Assembly (NCBI GenBank): GCA_964016885.1
Contig: OZ024742.1
Location: forward strand, 3,286,001 to 3,350,000
Length of the DNA: 64,000 bases
DNA from: Eledone cirrhosa
Lineage: Eukaryota
Direction: 5' to 3'
The translations under genes were made by a program, and so were the position numbers. This document shows positions 28,580 to 42,020 of the stretch, in pieces; the stretch's first letter is position 1; every line of letters begins with the position of its first letter. The notes beneath the pieces were generated by a model. That model was not told the DNA's origin, made no database searches, and worked only from the letters and a program-made list of their open reading frames with translations.

Positions 28580-28738
28580 ACATTTAAATAAATCTAAGGT
28601 AAAAGACTAATTGTCAACAATATCTTTTGCATTTGCATTCTTTATTCTATGTCCATACCTGCATTGTTTTGGCTTTATTATACATATACAAACGTTTATA
28701 CCTCATTACACAATGCTTCAAGTGAACTATAACCTCCT

Positions 28739-28858
<120 letters not shown>

Positions 28859-29216
28859 TATATATAAATATAAGTATGTATACGTACATACGTATATGTA
28901 TACAGACGTACAGTAGTATGTATATATATATATACATACATGCACACATATATATATGTACGTATGGGTTTACCGAACATTTATTATAATGTTCGGTTTG
29001 TTTGTAATCAAACTGCCCGAATTAAGCCGTACAGTGTTCGGCAACCATCGTTGCCCTTTTGTTCAACACTGTCATCAGCACCGTATACTTTCCTGTCAGT
29101 CGATTGAACGTTTGAAAGTATATACTTGTATGCATATTAACGGCTGAGCAGCCTAATTTTCATATTGAGTGAGTTAGTCGGCCGGGTGTACCGAAAACGA
29201 TAATTGGAAAAATATA

Positions 29217-29257
29217 CGGTGCTGATGACAGCTAATAAGCTAGAAACTAATTCATCG
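29217..29257 (+). ncRNA. minimal hammerhead ribozyme (family A)
   Basis: CGGTG-CTGATGA-CAGCT AATA AGCTA-GAAA-CTAATT-CATCG. Stem III is degenerate. Confidence 0.62.
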
Positions 29258-29378
29258 TTCCTTTGTCAGTGTTGAACAAAAGGGCAACGATGGTTGGCGA
29301 ACACTGTACGGCTAATAATTCGGGCTGTTTGTTTACAAACAAACCGAGCATTATAATAAATGTTCGGTAAACCCATAA

Positions 29379-29419
<41 letters not shown>

Positions 29420-29991
29420 CACGTATGTATATATATACATACTACTGTACGTCTGTATACATATATGTATGTACGTATACATACTTACATTTAAGTATCA
29501 CCCGTACTAAGAGTGAGAAATGAAATTTCATTTTTTGCATATATCACATAAGAAACGGAGCTCAAGGCACGATCAATGTAATGATCGAACCTGACTCTGA
29601 AATCGTACGGCCCTCAGATACGTCTCGATTCTTCGAAGCAGTGTTTCCGATCGTGCCTTGAGCTGGTTGCCAGAGAAACGATTGTAATATGTTTAATAAT
29701 TGTTATTCGTCGCACCACTGATTCTATGTTTCTTATGTGATATTATACTCTGCTCTGTAAAAGCATCGAGTGCTCAAACGGCCTACCGCAAACGGATGTT
29801 TTAAGCATGCCACACCAACATTATATATATATATATTTGGATTTAATGCTCTGAAATAGCGATATATATGTGAAGACAAACATAGAATATTCGAAAATTG
29901 TAATACGTGACGTATTCTATTCTATAGCGATTAGGTCTTCAAAATGTTTATTATAAACATACAGAATATTTTCGAATATTCTATGTTTGTC

Positions 29992-30202
<211 letters not shown>

Positions 30203-30278
30203 TACCCATTCTACTACCCTAAGTATTCAGGACTATGGTGCGTTATTGTCCACCTGGTACCTTACACACCCTCTTTGT

Positions 30279-30313
<35 letters not shown>

Positions 30314-30792
30314 GTATACGTACATACATATATGTATACAGACGTACAGTAGTATGTATATATATACACACATGCACACATATATATATATATGCACGTA
30401 TCGGTTTACCGAACATTTATTATAATGCTCCGTTTATTTGTTTGTAAACAAACAAACAGTCCGAATTAAGCCGTACAGTTTAGGCATCCACGTCACCTCT
30501 TTGTTCAACACTGACACAGTGCATATATATATGTGTGCATGTGTGTATATATATACATACTACTGTACGTCTGTATACATATATGTATGTACGTATACAT
30601 ACATACTTACATTTAAGTAAGTGCCGTACTAAGAATGAGAAATGAAATTTCGTTTCATTTTATTCCATTTATCGTTTTCGGTGTGCCCGGCCGACTGAAC
30701 TCACTCGATATGCAAATTAGGCTGCTCAGCCGTTAATATGCATAAGGAAAGTATATACTTTCAGACGTCCAACCATCTGGCAGGAAGGAATA

Positions 30793-30833
30793 CGATGCTG
30801 ACGATAGTTAATAAGCTTGAAACTTCTACATCG
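30793..30833 (+). ncRNA. hammerhead ribozyme (family A, partly decayed)
   Basis: CGATG-CTGACGA-TAGTT AATA AGCTT-GAAA-CTTCTA-CATCG. Perfect stem I CGATG/CATCG. Confidence 0.6.
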
Positions 30834-31090
30834 TTCCTGTGTCAGTGTTGAACAAAAAGGTGACGTGGTTGCCTAAACACTGTAATTCGGGCTGTTTGTT
30901 TGTTTACAAACAAACAAACGGAACATTATAATAAATGTTCGGTAAACCGATACGTGCATATATATATATGTGTATATATATACATACTACTGTACGTTTG
31001 TATACATATATGTACGTATACATACATACTTACATTTAAGTAAGTGCCGTACTAAGAGTGAGAAATGAAATTTTGTTTCCTTCTATTCCT

Positions 31091-31228
<138 letters not shown>

Positions 31229-32334
31229 TATATCTTTCACATTATTTTCATCTTACAAAGAGTTACGTCTTCCTTTCTCTATAAAGATGATAGTTGTCTA
31301 TGTATGGATAAAATAAATATTCCATACTACTGTGTATTAAATGGTCCCGCATACTCTTGCGGTAACAAATACGAAAAACGCCTTCCATACATATATATCT
31401 ATATGTGTGTGTGTGCGCGCGCGTGGGGGGGGGGCGTGTGTGAATGTATGTGTGTTTGTGATCCTAGAAAGGTAAGACATTCAGTCACGGTTTTGGTTTG
31501 TAGGTTAGATTTTCATCAATACATTATAATTTAGAAAGACTACGTTACTATATATTTTGTATGCAAATAGATTAATACTAAAGAGTAATGTTACTTTGCT
31601 CTTGATTTCAAACAAATATTGGAGCTGTTCTCTTTTACATAAACATTACATGAAGAAAATAGTTTTTTTTTATCTATGCATGGAAATATACGCAAACACA
31701 CACACACACACACACGCGCACACACACAACACACACGCACACACGCACACACACACACACACACACTCACACACATATACCAAAAGCAGTAATATTGTAT
31801 ACGAAAAGCTTCTCTATAGTTTTTGTTTCTAGATGTTTTCTAAACGTCAGTAGTTTATCACATAAACCGTAAAAGAATAATTCGCAATATTTTTCGCAAA
31901 GCTTTTCGAAAGTATTAGTCATATATTACAGTATGTCATTGTCTATAACATAACACCCACTGAAGGAAAGCGATAATTATGTATTTTATATATCTATCGT
32001 ACCTCTTCGTAAGAATAGCTTTATGAATGATATATAACGTAGTAACTTTTCTATTATCACAATTGAAAAAAGGTGAGCAAATACACATCTTATGGTATAT
32101 CCGACCTTAAGTAAAACACATTAACTTTCTTCTAACGAGTGCTTGCTCAGTGTCAGTAACTTATACATAAGATCATTTTTTTCTTTAATTTTTACCCATG
32201 TGAGATATATAAAAAAAAAACTTACTTTAGTGTTGCAGGAGATGTCAACATGAATGGACCTGTTATTTTTATCTAAGACATTTTTTTCCAATTACAACCC
32301 ACTCGTCACCTCAATAATCTTATTTCTCATTCTT

Positions 32335-32370
32335 TCTTCTGATGAAAGACTAGCGTCCGAAATTTTAAGA
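32335..32370 (+). ncRNA. minimal hammerhead-like motif (family C)
   Basis: TCTT-CTGATGA-AAGAC TAGC GTCC-GAAA-TTTT-AAGA. Stem I TCTT/AAGA, stem II GAC/GTC, weak stem III. Confidence 0.55.
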
Positions 32371-32459
32371 CTATCTTCCTGTTATTTCAAGCGTTAACCT
32401 AATATATTCCTTCCATATACTGTACCGATTGTGTTGTTATTTCTGTTTACCTTTTACAT

Positions 32460-32514
<55 letters not shown>

Positions 32515-32864
32515 TTTTATATATACAATATTTATTTTATATATATATATATAATAATTATGTTCTTTCTCATATATATATATATTTAGTTATATGTGTA
32601 TATGTGTGTGTGTGTGTGTATGTACGTATGCATACGTATGTGTATGTATGTATGTGTGTGTAGGTATATATGTGTATGTGAGTATGTATGTATGTGTGTG
32701 TATATATGTGTGTATATATATATATATATTTTAGAGTTAAATAAGGTTCATATGAATTATCTAAGAATGAGTTTTACAAACATATATATGTCTGTGTTTG
32801 TATTTGTATGTATGTGTTTGTGATATGTATGTATATGTATGTGTATATTTGTATCGTTATGTAT

Positions 32865-32918
<54 letters not shown>

Positions 32919-33412
32919 GTGTGTATATATGTATATGTGAGTGTATGCGTATGTATTTGTGTGTGCGTATGTATGTGTTTATGTATTTGTATATGTATAT
33001 TTATGTGTGAGAGTGTTTGTATGTATTTATTTTTACGTATGTATGTGTACGTGCATTTGTGTGTATTGCTTACCACGTGTGTTTGTACATTTATTTGTTG
33101 CCTGTATCGCTGTCAACATTATAATAGTCTTTATATTCATTTTTATGTTTTTTATTATATCTTTTTTCTTATATTTATTTGTGTGTGTGAGTATGTAGAG
33201 GTGTGTGTATATATGTATGTGTATGTATGGATATGTTGATATTTATGTGTGGATGTATGTATGTGTATGTATATATATACACATATATATGTGTGTGTTT
33301 GCATGTGTGTTTTTATTTTATTTTTTCTTTCCTTCTTCCTTTTCCAGCCTCACTTTCATATAGATTGCATTTTTGTTTTTAAAATCCAACGTCAATAAAT
33401 ACTCCAGGATTT

Positions 33413-33473
33413 TTTCATTCTGATGATTGAAAGCTACATTTTTTTGCTTTTAAGAAACCACTGGTAAATGAAA
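33413..33473 (+). ncRNA. hammerhead ribozyme, type I (family D)
   Basis: TTTCATT-CTGATGA-TTGAAAGC tacattttttt GCTTTTAA-GAA-ACCA c TGGT-A-AATGAAA. 7-bp stem I, 8-bp stem II, quasi-palindromic stem III, GUA cleavage triplet (after 33466). Confidence 0.85.
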
Positions 33474-33498
33474 TAATTGCCTTATGTTGTTTATTACA

Positions 33499-33581
<83 letters not shown>

Positions 33582-33767
33582 GTAGATAAATCTACCAAAA
33601 AGTACGGTAGTGTCCAATCCGTATGAAGAACTCAATGTAATCCGAATATCATGAAAAGAGAAGATGTATTCAAAAAATTTTTTCGGTGAAAATTAACGGA
33701 AAACAGAGTTAAGATAAATTAATAAAATAATGAATAAACAAAGAAATAGTTCCTTATATTAAAAAAT

Positions 33768-33905
33768 TCATCATTTTACGATCGTTTCTAGGATATATAT
33801 GTTAGTGTTGGTATGCATATCCTATAGATCTATGTAAAATTTTTACAAACTATCAGAGGGAATATACATACCTACACATATATATGCTGTCTTCAGAAAT
33901 AATGA
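33768..33905 (-). ncRNA. hammerhead ribozyme with long stem II (family E, mirror copy)
   Basis: Reverse complement of 36276-36413. Confidence 0.62.
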
Positions 33906-34617
33906 TATTTGTTTATTGAAAAAACCAACAAAGATTTAATACAATAGGTCTGTTTGGGAACAGGTTTTGAATTGACCAATAGAAAGATAGTGAAGGTCAA
34001 GATAGTAATATAGTAGTAAAAGAACCTTAATTTATGGGTAGAGGAAGGTAGATTTCAGTTTTGGATGGAAAGAATATTATGAATGAAAGATTATTTTAGG
34101 GATGAGAATAGGTCATATGCTGACCTCAGAAATAATTATATTTGTTCATTGAATAAACCAACAAAGATTTAATATAGTAGGTCTGTTTGGGAACAGGTTT
34201 TGAATTAACCAAAAGAAAGGTAATAATTGGCCAAATGGTAAAATAGTAGTAATTGAAGTTTATTTTAGGGGTAGAAGAAGGCAGATTTCAGTTTTGAATG
34301 GAAGGAGTATGAAGAATGAAAAGGTTATTTTAGGGGTGAAAATAGGTCAGGTCAGTAAAAGGTAACACGAAAAGTTGCTGTTATAAAAGAATAATGCCAA
34401 TGTAAATATCTAAGGAGACTAAAATGTTACGATAAAAGTGTTAGTGAAGAAAATATATATGGAATTTACATCTATGAAAAGAATATAAATTAATTTAATT
34501 GATGGGTATATTTATATTGATAAAATTATATTAATGCATATAGATATGATAAATAAGAGTTAGATGTAATTGAAGAGTGCTGTTAAAGACGAGGTGAAAT
34601 TAAAAAAATATAAAAAA

Positions 34618-34656
<39 letters not shown>

Positions 34657-34750
34657 TTGGGGGGGGGTTAAATTTATTAGTGAGATATAATAAATATATA
34701 GAGATTTCAAGGAACATAGAATCATAACCTGAAATTAAAACATTATATAC

Positions 34751-34890
34751 GGAGGCACATGGCTTAGTGGTTAGAGCATTGGCCTTGCAATCGTAAGGGT
34801 GTGAGTTCAATTCTCAGACCGGGCGATGTGTTGTTTCCTTGAGCAAGGCACTTTATTTCACATTGCTCCAGTTTAATCAGCTGTAGAAAT
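34751..34890 (+). mobile_element. tRNA-derived CORE-type SINE, 5' part
   Basis: A-box TGGCTTAGTGG, B-box GAGTTCAATTC, CORE-like CCTTGAGCAAGGCACTTTA. Confidence 0.8.
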
Positions 34891-35088
34891 TATAGTTTTT
34901 ATATTAATTTCTAAAATGTATATTAATTAGGTTTATAATATTTAAAGGTTTTTCTCAGTTTATGATTACACGATATTATTAATTCCTGTCGCTATTATTA
35001 ATATTCTACTACTGATGAACTACATAATTTTACTTTCCTTCTTACAACTATCTTTTCCTAAAATTGATACCATTAAGTAAACATATAT

Positions 35089-35436
35089 CATCATTTCAAT
35101 CATCATCATTTCATTTTACGTCCACTTTTCCCTGCTTGCAAGGGTGGGACGGGAACTGATTCTGGCTTGATTTCTACAGCTGGATGCCCTTCCTAACACC
35201 AACCTCATTTACAGTGACTGCTGGGTGCGTTTTTGCCGTGGCACCTCCACGACCACTTTGCAGTGGAATGATAGGGACCCCAGTCCCTATCATCTCATTT
35301 CTACAGCTGATTAAACTGGAGCAATGTGAAATAAAGTGCCTTGCTCAAGGAAACAACACATCGCCCGGTCTGAGAATTGAACTCACAACCTTTCGATTGC
35401 AAGGCCAATGCTCTAACCACTAAGCCATGTGCCTCC
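35089..35436 (-). mobile_element. full-length tRNA-derived CORE-type SINE with (TGA)n tail and TSD
   Basis: A/B boxes at the right end, (TGA)n-like tail at 35089-35112, direct repeat CATATAT at 35082-35088 and 35436-35442. The empty site is seen at ~63008-63020. Confidence 0.85.
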
Positions 35437-35531
35437 ATATATAATGTTTTAATTTCAGGTTATGATTCTATGTTCCTTGAAATCTCTATATATTTATTAT
35501 TTCTCACTAATAAATTTACCCCCCCCCCCAA

Positions 35532-35562
<31 letters not shown>

Positions 35563-36275
35563 TCTTTTTATGTTTTTTTAATTTCCCCTCGTCTTTAACA
35601 GCACTCTTCAATTACATCTAACTCTTATTTATCATATCTATATGCATTAATATAATTTTATCAATGTAAATATACCCATCAATTAAATTAATTTATATTC
35701 TTTTCATAGATGTAAATTCCATATATATTTTCTTCACTAACACTTTTAGCGTAAAATTTTAGTCTTCTTAGATATTTACATTGGCATTATTCTTTTATAA
35801 CAGCAACTTTTCGTGTTACCTTTTACTGACCTGACCTATTTTCACCCCTAAAATAACCTTTTCATTCTTCATACTCCTTCCATTCAAAACTGAAATCTGC
35901 CTTCTTCTACCCCTAAAATAAACTTCAATTACTACTATTTTACCATTTGGCCAATTATTACCTTTCTTTTGGTTAATTCAAAACCTGTTCCCAAACAGAC
36001 CTACTATATTAAATCTTTGTTGGTTTATTCAATGAACAAATATAATTATTTCTGAGGTCAGCATATGACCTATTCTCATCCCTAAAATAATCTTTCATTC
36101 ATAATATTCTTTCCATCCAAAACTGAAATCTACCTTCCTCTACCCATAAATTAAGGTTCTTTTACTACTATATTACTATCTTGACCTTCACTATCTTTCT
36201 ATTGGTCAATTCAAAACCTGTTCCCAAACAGACCTATTGTATTAAATCTTTGTTGGTTTTTTCAATAAACAAATA

Positions 36276-36413
36276 TCATTATTTCTGAAGACAGCATATA
36301 TATGTGTAGGTATGTATATTCCCTCTGATAGTTTGTAAAAATTTTACATAGATCTATAGGATATGCATACCAACACTAACATATATATCCTAGAAACGAT
36401 CGTAAAATGATGA
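36276..36413 (+). ncRNA. hammerhead ribozyme with ~100-nt stem II (family E)
   Basis: TCATTATTT-CTGAAGA-[101 nt incl. ATATATATGT/ACATATATAT and GGTATGTATATTCC/GGATATGCATACC pairing]-GAA-ACGATCGT-A-AAATGATGA. 9-bp stem I, palindromic stem III, GUA site. Confidence 0.65.
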
Positions 36414-36461
36414 ATTTTTTAATATAAGGAACTGTTTCTTTGTTTATTCATTATTTTATTA

Positions 36462-36542
<81 letters not shown>

Positions 36543-36543
<1 letters not shown>

Positions 36544-37137
36544 TGACGAGGGACTAATTTTATCATATGAAACCGATGTGCAACCACACAGTATTCTTCT
36601 TTCTTCTCATGTTTTTTTATACATATTTACCTCGGCTGCGTTTGTCTGTTTCTCTCTTACTGCTTCCCCGTTCTCTCTCTTGCACTCACCTTCTTTCGCC
36701 CCCTCTGTCAGTTACACTTTCTCTCGACTGACCTCTTCATCGCACTTCCACTCACTCACTCTCTGTTCCTCCCCTTCTCACTTCCTCCCGTTTGGCTAGT
36801 AGTGGGGTCTCTTCTTGCTCACATTTCACTCATGTCGGACGGTCTGTATCTTGATCGCTCATGAAATCCACCCAGCTTATGCTGACCGGATTACCATGTT
36901 GCTTGTTTATTTTCCTATCTTCGGTTTGCTTTTATCCTTCTATGTTGTTTACTTGTCTCACTCGCTTTACGCGATTTACTTGTCCCAATAGCTTTTTTTA
37001 GTTATTGCTCGCACCAACCTGAGGTATATGATTTTTAATGTGATGAAATACCAATGATGGTTGGCAAATCACTGACGAGGGACTAATTTTATCATATGAA
37101 ACCCATGTGCAACCACGCAGTATTCTTCTTTCTTCTC

Positions 37138-37143
<6 letters not shown>
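36543..37143 (+). mobile_element. pseudo-LTR-like non-coding unit (~530 bp) with terminal direct repeat, bounded by (TA)n
   Basis: CTGACGAGGGACTAATTTTATCATATGAAACC..GTATTCTTCTTT..CTCATGTTTT occurs at 36543 and 37072. A diverged relative lies at 52570-53630. Confidence 0.65.
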
Positions 37144-37198
<55 letters not shown>

Positions 37199-37713
37199 CT
37201 GACGGCCGTATGTATGTAACAAACCTTTCGCCAAACGTCTGGACCAAACAGCACCAAATTTGCACCATAGATGACTTTTTCCAAGTAAAAAAGTGAGGGT
37301 ATTTTTGTCTACTGAATTTTGTTAAAAGATTAAACACATTATTTAAATATTCACTTCTTTAAAATTTCAAGTGTCAACACTTCCGGTTATACGACATTCC
37401 TCACTTTTTCTTATGACGTCGCACCACATTCCCCTCTTTTTCTTAGTCTGTCTTTTTAGATAGATACATAGCTATAACGTAGTGCCCTTATAATATGTCT
37501 CTGCATGTCTGGCTGTCTGCATTAGATAATGTTTTTCGAAATATTTACTGCTGCGTTCACAGATTAATTTTTTTAGTTTCAGAAGATCCCGTTAAGAGTG
37601 AAAGCCTTTGCCTAAATTTTAATCTGTTATTTTAATATTCGTGTGCAGATATTTTTGCATACACAAAAACAAAAACCTATTTATTTCACGAAAGCACAGA
37701 TGGCTTATCGTTA

Positions 37714-38189
37714 TTGTTACTGTTCGAGGTTAGAGGACAACAGTCTTTCCAAGATCTGAGAACCATCAATGGCCATCAATGTTCCACTTATCGTTTGGCT
37801 TGCCAGATGCGTGGTATGTTACACGAGGACAGCCATTGGCATCTCACCCGAGAAAGTCTAGCTGAGGACATCCTCCACCGCACACGCAGACACAATCCAA
37901 ACGTAACATAAGATGTCGTTTTCAATGAGGCGCTCATTTGTCTTGAAAACAATGGCCTGGAGAGTGGTGGTAGACCTCTAAGTCACTACAGCTTATCTGC
38001 TCCTGACAGGAGTGTCCAGAGGTCAACGTCTACAGAGCTTCTCCGCGAGACGAGCTACGAAATCAGTGATTCTCCCATGCTCAATTGTATGTAGGATGCT
38101 CTAGGGTGAGCTCGCCAAACAATCTCTTCATCTTTGCTCCGGAGGGCCGAACAAAAAATATTGTATACTCTGAGGCTCTAACAATGTAA
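37714..38189 (+). pseudogene. internally deleted Helitron RepHel remnant
   Basis: LLFEVRGQQSFQDLRTINGHQCSTYRLACQMRGML..HW (Rep-helicase linker) and, at 38070-38189, FSHAQLYVGCSRVSSPNNLFIFAPEGRTKNIVYSEAL* (Pif1-like helicase motif VI C-terminus). A possible Helitron 5' end is near 37190. Confidence 0.8.
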
Positions 38190-38419
38190 TTTAAATAGTT
38201 TCTGTTACTTGGAATTTCCATTATGGTTATACAAATTATTGTTTGTTAAAAAATGTGTTCTATGTTCAGCCTTTATTGTTGTAACTATCAATTTTCTTTA
38301 ACGTACTGGCTGCTGAACTGGGGAATCCTAAAAACTATTCAAACCCAACATCAGAGCATTTAAAACCCAAACAACCCTCCACTCCAACCTCGCAGACTTG
38401 AGAGATGTGACAGTGTTCA

Positions 38420-39396
<977 letters not shown>

Positions 39397-39407
39397 CATA
39401 TATATAC

Positions 39408-39481
<74 letters not shown>

Positions 39482-39536
39482 TTATTTATGAATATATATA
39501 TATGTATATATATATGTATATATATATGTATATATA

Positions 39537-39615
<79 letters not shown>

Positions 39616-39684
39616 AAAAAGAGATGAAATCGAAAATGCAACCGAAGTCTTATTTTTTTTTTAAATATATATATTTATTTGGTT

Positions 39685-39722
39685 CCTTTACCGGTTTCGC
39701 AGTTCTTCTGCTTTTCAAAAGG
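39685..39722 (-). ncRNA. hammerhead ribozyme, U3-A8 core variant (family F, mirror copy)
   Basis: Reverse complement of 39793-39830. Confidence 0.72.
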
Positions 39723-39792
39723 TGAGTTGAGATGGAGGGTCTGTGGTTTTTCTCACATGTGAGAAAAACCACAGACCCTCCATCTCAACTCA

Positions 39793-39830
39793 CCTTTTGA
39801 AAAGCAGAAGAACTGCGAAACCGGTAAAGG
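39793..39830 (+). ncRNA. hammerhead ribozyme, U3-A8 core variant (family F)
   Basis: CCTT-TTGAAAA-GCAG aagaa CTGC-GAA-ACCGGT-A-AAGG. All three stems pair perfectly. Core CUGAnGA is replaced by UUGAAAA. Confidence 0.72.
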
Positions 39831-39961
39831 AACCAAATAAATATATATATTTAAAAAAAAAATAAGACTTCGGTTGCATTTTCGATTTCATCTCTTTTTC
39901 TTTATACTTCCACTCGTGTAGGACACCTCGGTTATTTTTCATTTTGTAAAAAAAACCTCAC

Positions 39962-40064
<103 letters not shown>

Positions 40065-40121
40065 CTTGCAAACCGCCAGAGATTCGATTTTACTGATTTC
40101 CAATTATATATATATATATAT

Positions 40122-42020
40122 CGTTTCGACTTCCGCCACCGTTCCAAACGGTACAATATCTCACGGGGCGAACTCCTCGCTCTCCGCTCCCTCCGTAGCC
40201 GAGATGACATCGTCATCAAACCGGCGGACAAGGGAGGCGCCGTAGTGGTGTGGCGCGCGGACCTCTACACGGCCGAAGCCCTCAGACAGCTCTGTAACCC
40301 CCTCTTTTAACGCCCTCTACCCTCCGATCCCACCCCCCTCTACCAACAACAAGTCTCCTCCAGCATCAAAGACCTTATCGCCTCCCGCCCCCCCACCGCT
40401 TCCCACCTCATCGTCCGCACCCTCCGCACCCCCACCATCTACTTCCTCCCCAAACACCACAAACCCGACAACACCGGCCGCCCCATCGTCTCCGCTTGCA
40501 ACTGCCCCACCGAACTCATCTCCGCCTTTCTCGACTCCATCCTCGCCCCCCTTGTCACCACCCTCCCCTCCCACATCTCCGACATCAACCACGCCCTGCG
40601 CCTTTTCGACTCCTTCACCTACCCACCCGGCCCACAGCCCTTCCTCTTCACCCTAGACATCAAGTCCCTCTATACCGTCATCCCCCACGCCGACGGCCTA
40701 CGCGCCCTCAAACACTACCTCGACCTTCGCCCCTCCCCCATTCCCTCCACCCCCACCCTCCTTCGCCTCGCCGAGCTGGTCCTCACCCTGAATTGTTTCT
40801 CCTTCTCGGGTGAGTTTTACCAACAGGTCACGGGGGTAGCCATGGGTACAAGAATGGGCCCGAACTATGCCAACCTTTTTGTTGGCCATGTTGAGGCCCA
40901 AATCTTTGCCCAGTACACCGGCCCTACGCCCGAACTGTATGGTCGTTACATTGACGACTGTATCGGATCCACGACCCTCACCCGAGAACAGCTCGACTCC
41001 TTTCTCTCCTTCTTCTGCTCCTTCTACCCCTCCCTCCACTTCACCACCTCTATCTCCACCACCCACGTCCACTTCTTAGACATCTCCGTCGCCTTCGACC
41101 CCTCCCACCACTCCCTCGTCACCTCCGCCTTCTTCAAACCCACCGACTCCCACTCTTACCTCGACTTCACCTCTTCCCGCCCACACTGAACACTCCATTC
41201 CCTACTCCCAACTTCTCAGGATCCGCCGCCTCTGTAGCCGAGATGCTGACTTTGAGTCCCAGGCCCTTTCCCTAGTCAGCCATTTCATCCGCAGAGGTTA
41301 CCCCCCCCCCCCCCCTCTCTCGTCCACACCGCTCTCACCCGCGCCCGTGCTGTCCCCCGCTCCACCACCCTCACCCCACGCCACTGCACACCCACCCACC
41401 ATCTCCCCTTCCCCACCACCTACCACCCCTCCACCTTACCTCTCCACCGCACCATCCGCCGCCTCTTCCGACGCCTCCAGTCCGACCTCTCCACCTCCCA
41501 CATCTTCCCAACCCCACCACTCCCCACCTTCAAACGCGCACGCAATCTCCGCACCCTCCTCGTGCACAGCTCCCTACCCCCCAACCCACGCTCTGTTCCC
41601 CCCGGTTCCTTTCCCTGTTCTAGGCCCCGCTGCAACACCTGTCCCCACATCACCAACACCACCCCCTTCCAGGGTCCCAACGGCCACTCTCTCTCTGTCC
41701 GGCATGCCTTCCGCTGCACCTCCTCCAACCTAGTCTACGGACTTCGCTGCACGGAGTGCAACGCGACTTATGTCGGACAGACGGGACGTCGCCTTGTGGA
41801 CCGATTCACTGAGCACCTCCGGGATATTCGTCTCGGGGGTAGTTCCCCCATCGCCCGCCACTTTGGTGGCTCTGGACATTCCGCACGCCATCTCACAGTC
41901 TGTGACCTACTCCAGTGCCACGGAACACCCGCCAATCGCCTTAGGGTCGAACAACGAACTATCTTCATCTTACAGACCCACACTCCCTCCGGCCTGAACT
42001 CCCCACCCTTATTCCTTTAG
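40122..42020 (+). pseudogene. Penelope-like element RT + GIY-YIG endonuclease, 5'-truncated, with stops and frameshifts
   Basis: [115 protein letters not shown]. Confidence 0.93.

Larger units (their letters stand above)
28277..28700. repeat. near-perfect inverted repeat (~205-bp arms, ~16-bp spacer) between (TA)n tracts
   Basis: 28277-28481 is the reverse complement of ~28497-28700 with few mismatches. Confidence 0.92.
33714..36467. mobile_element. inverted pair of PLE 3' tails/pseudo-LTRs (arms ~33714-34890 and ~35297-36467), same family as the 60268-64000 element
   Basis: The arms are reverse complements. The right arm aligns by eye to 62930-64000. The spacer (34896-34991) holds the end of the same ORF seen at 61170. 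Confidence 0.85.
39609..39906. repeat. perfect spacer-less 298-bp palindrome
   Basis: Centre TCTCACA|TGTGAGA at 39757/39758. The arms match base for base by inspection. Confidence 0.93.

Noticed and set aside
34751-34825. tRNA gene
   Set aside because: Has A/B boxes but no complete cloverleaf and continues into a SINE body; the same applies at 35360-35436 and 50375-50448.
35010-35040. CTGATGA (also at ~62940 and inverted at ~60985 and 61095) as an HHR
   Set aside because: No stem II, GAAA or stem III follows.
40317-41983. Gly/Val-rich antisense ORFs and Pro-rich alternative frames
   Set aside because: Shadow frames of the C-rich PLE coding strand.
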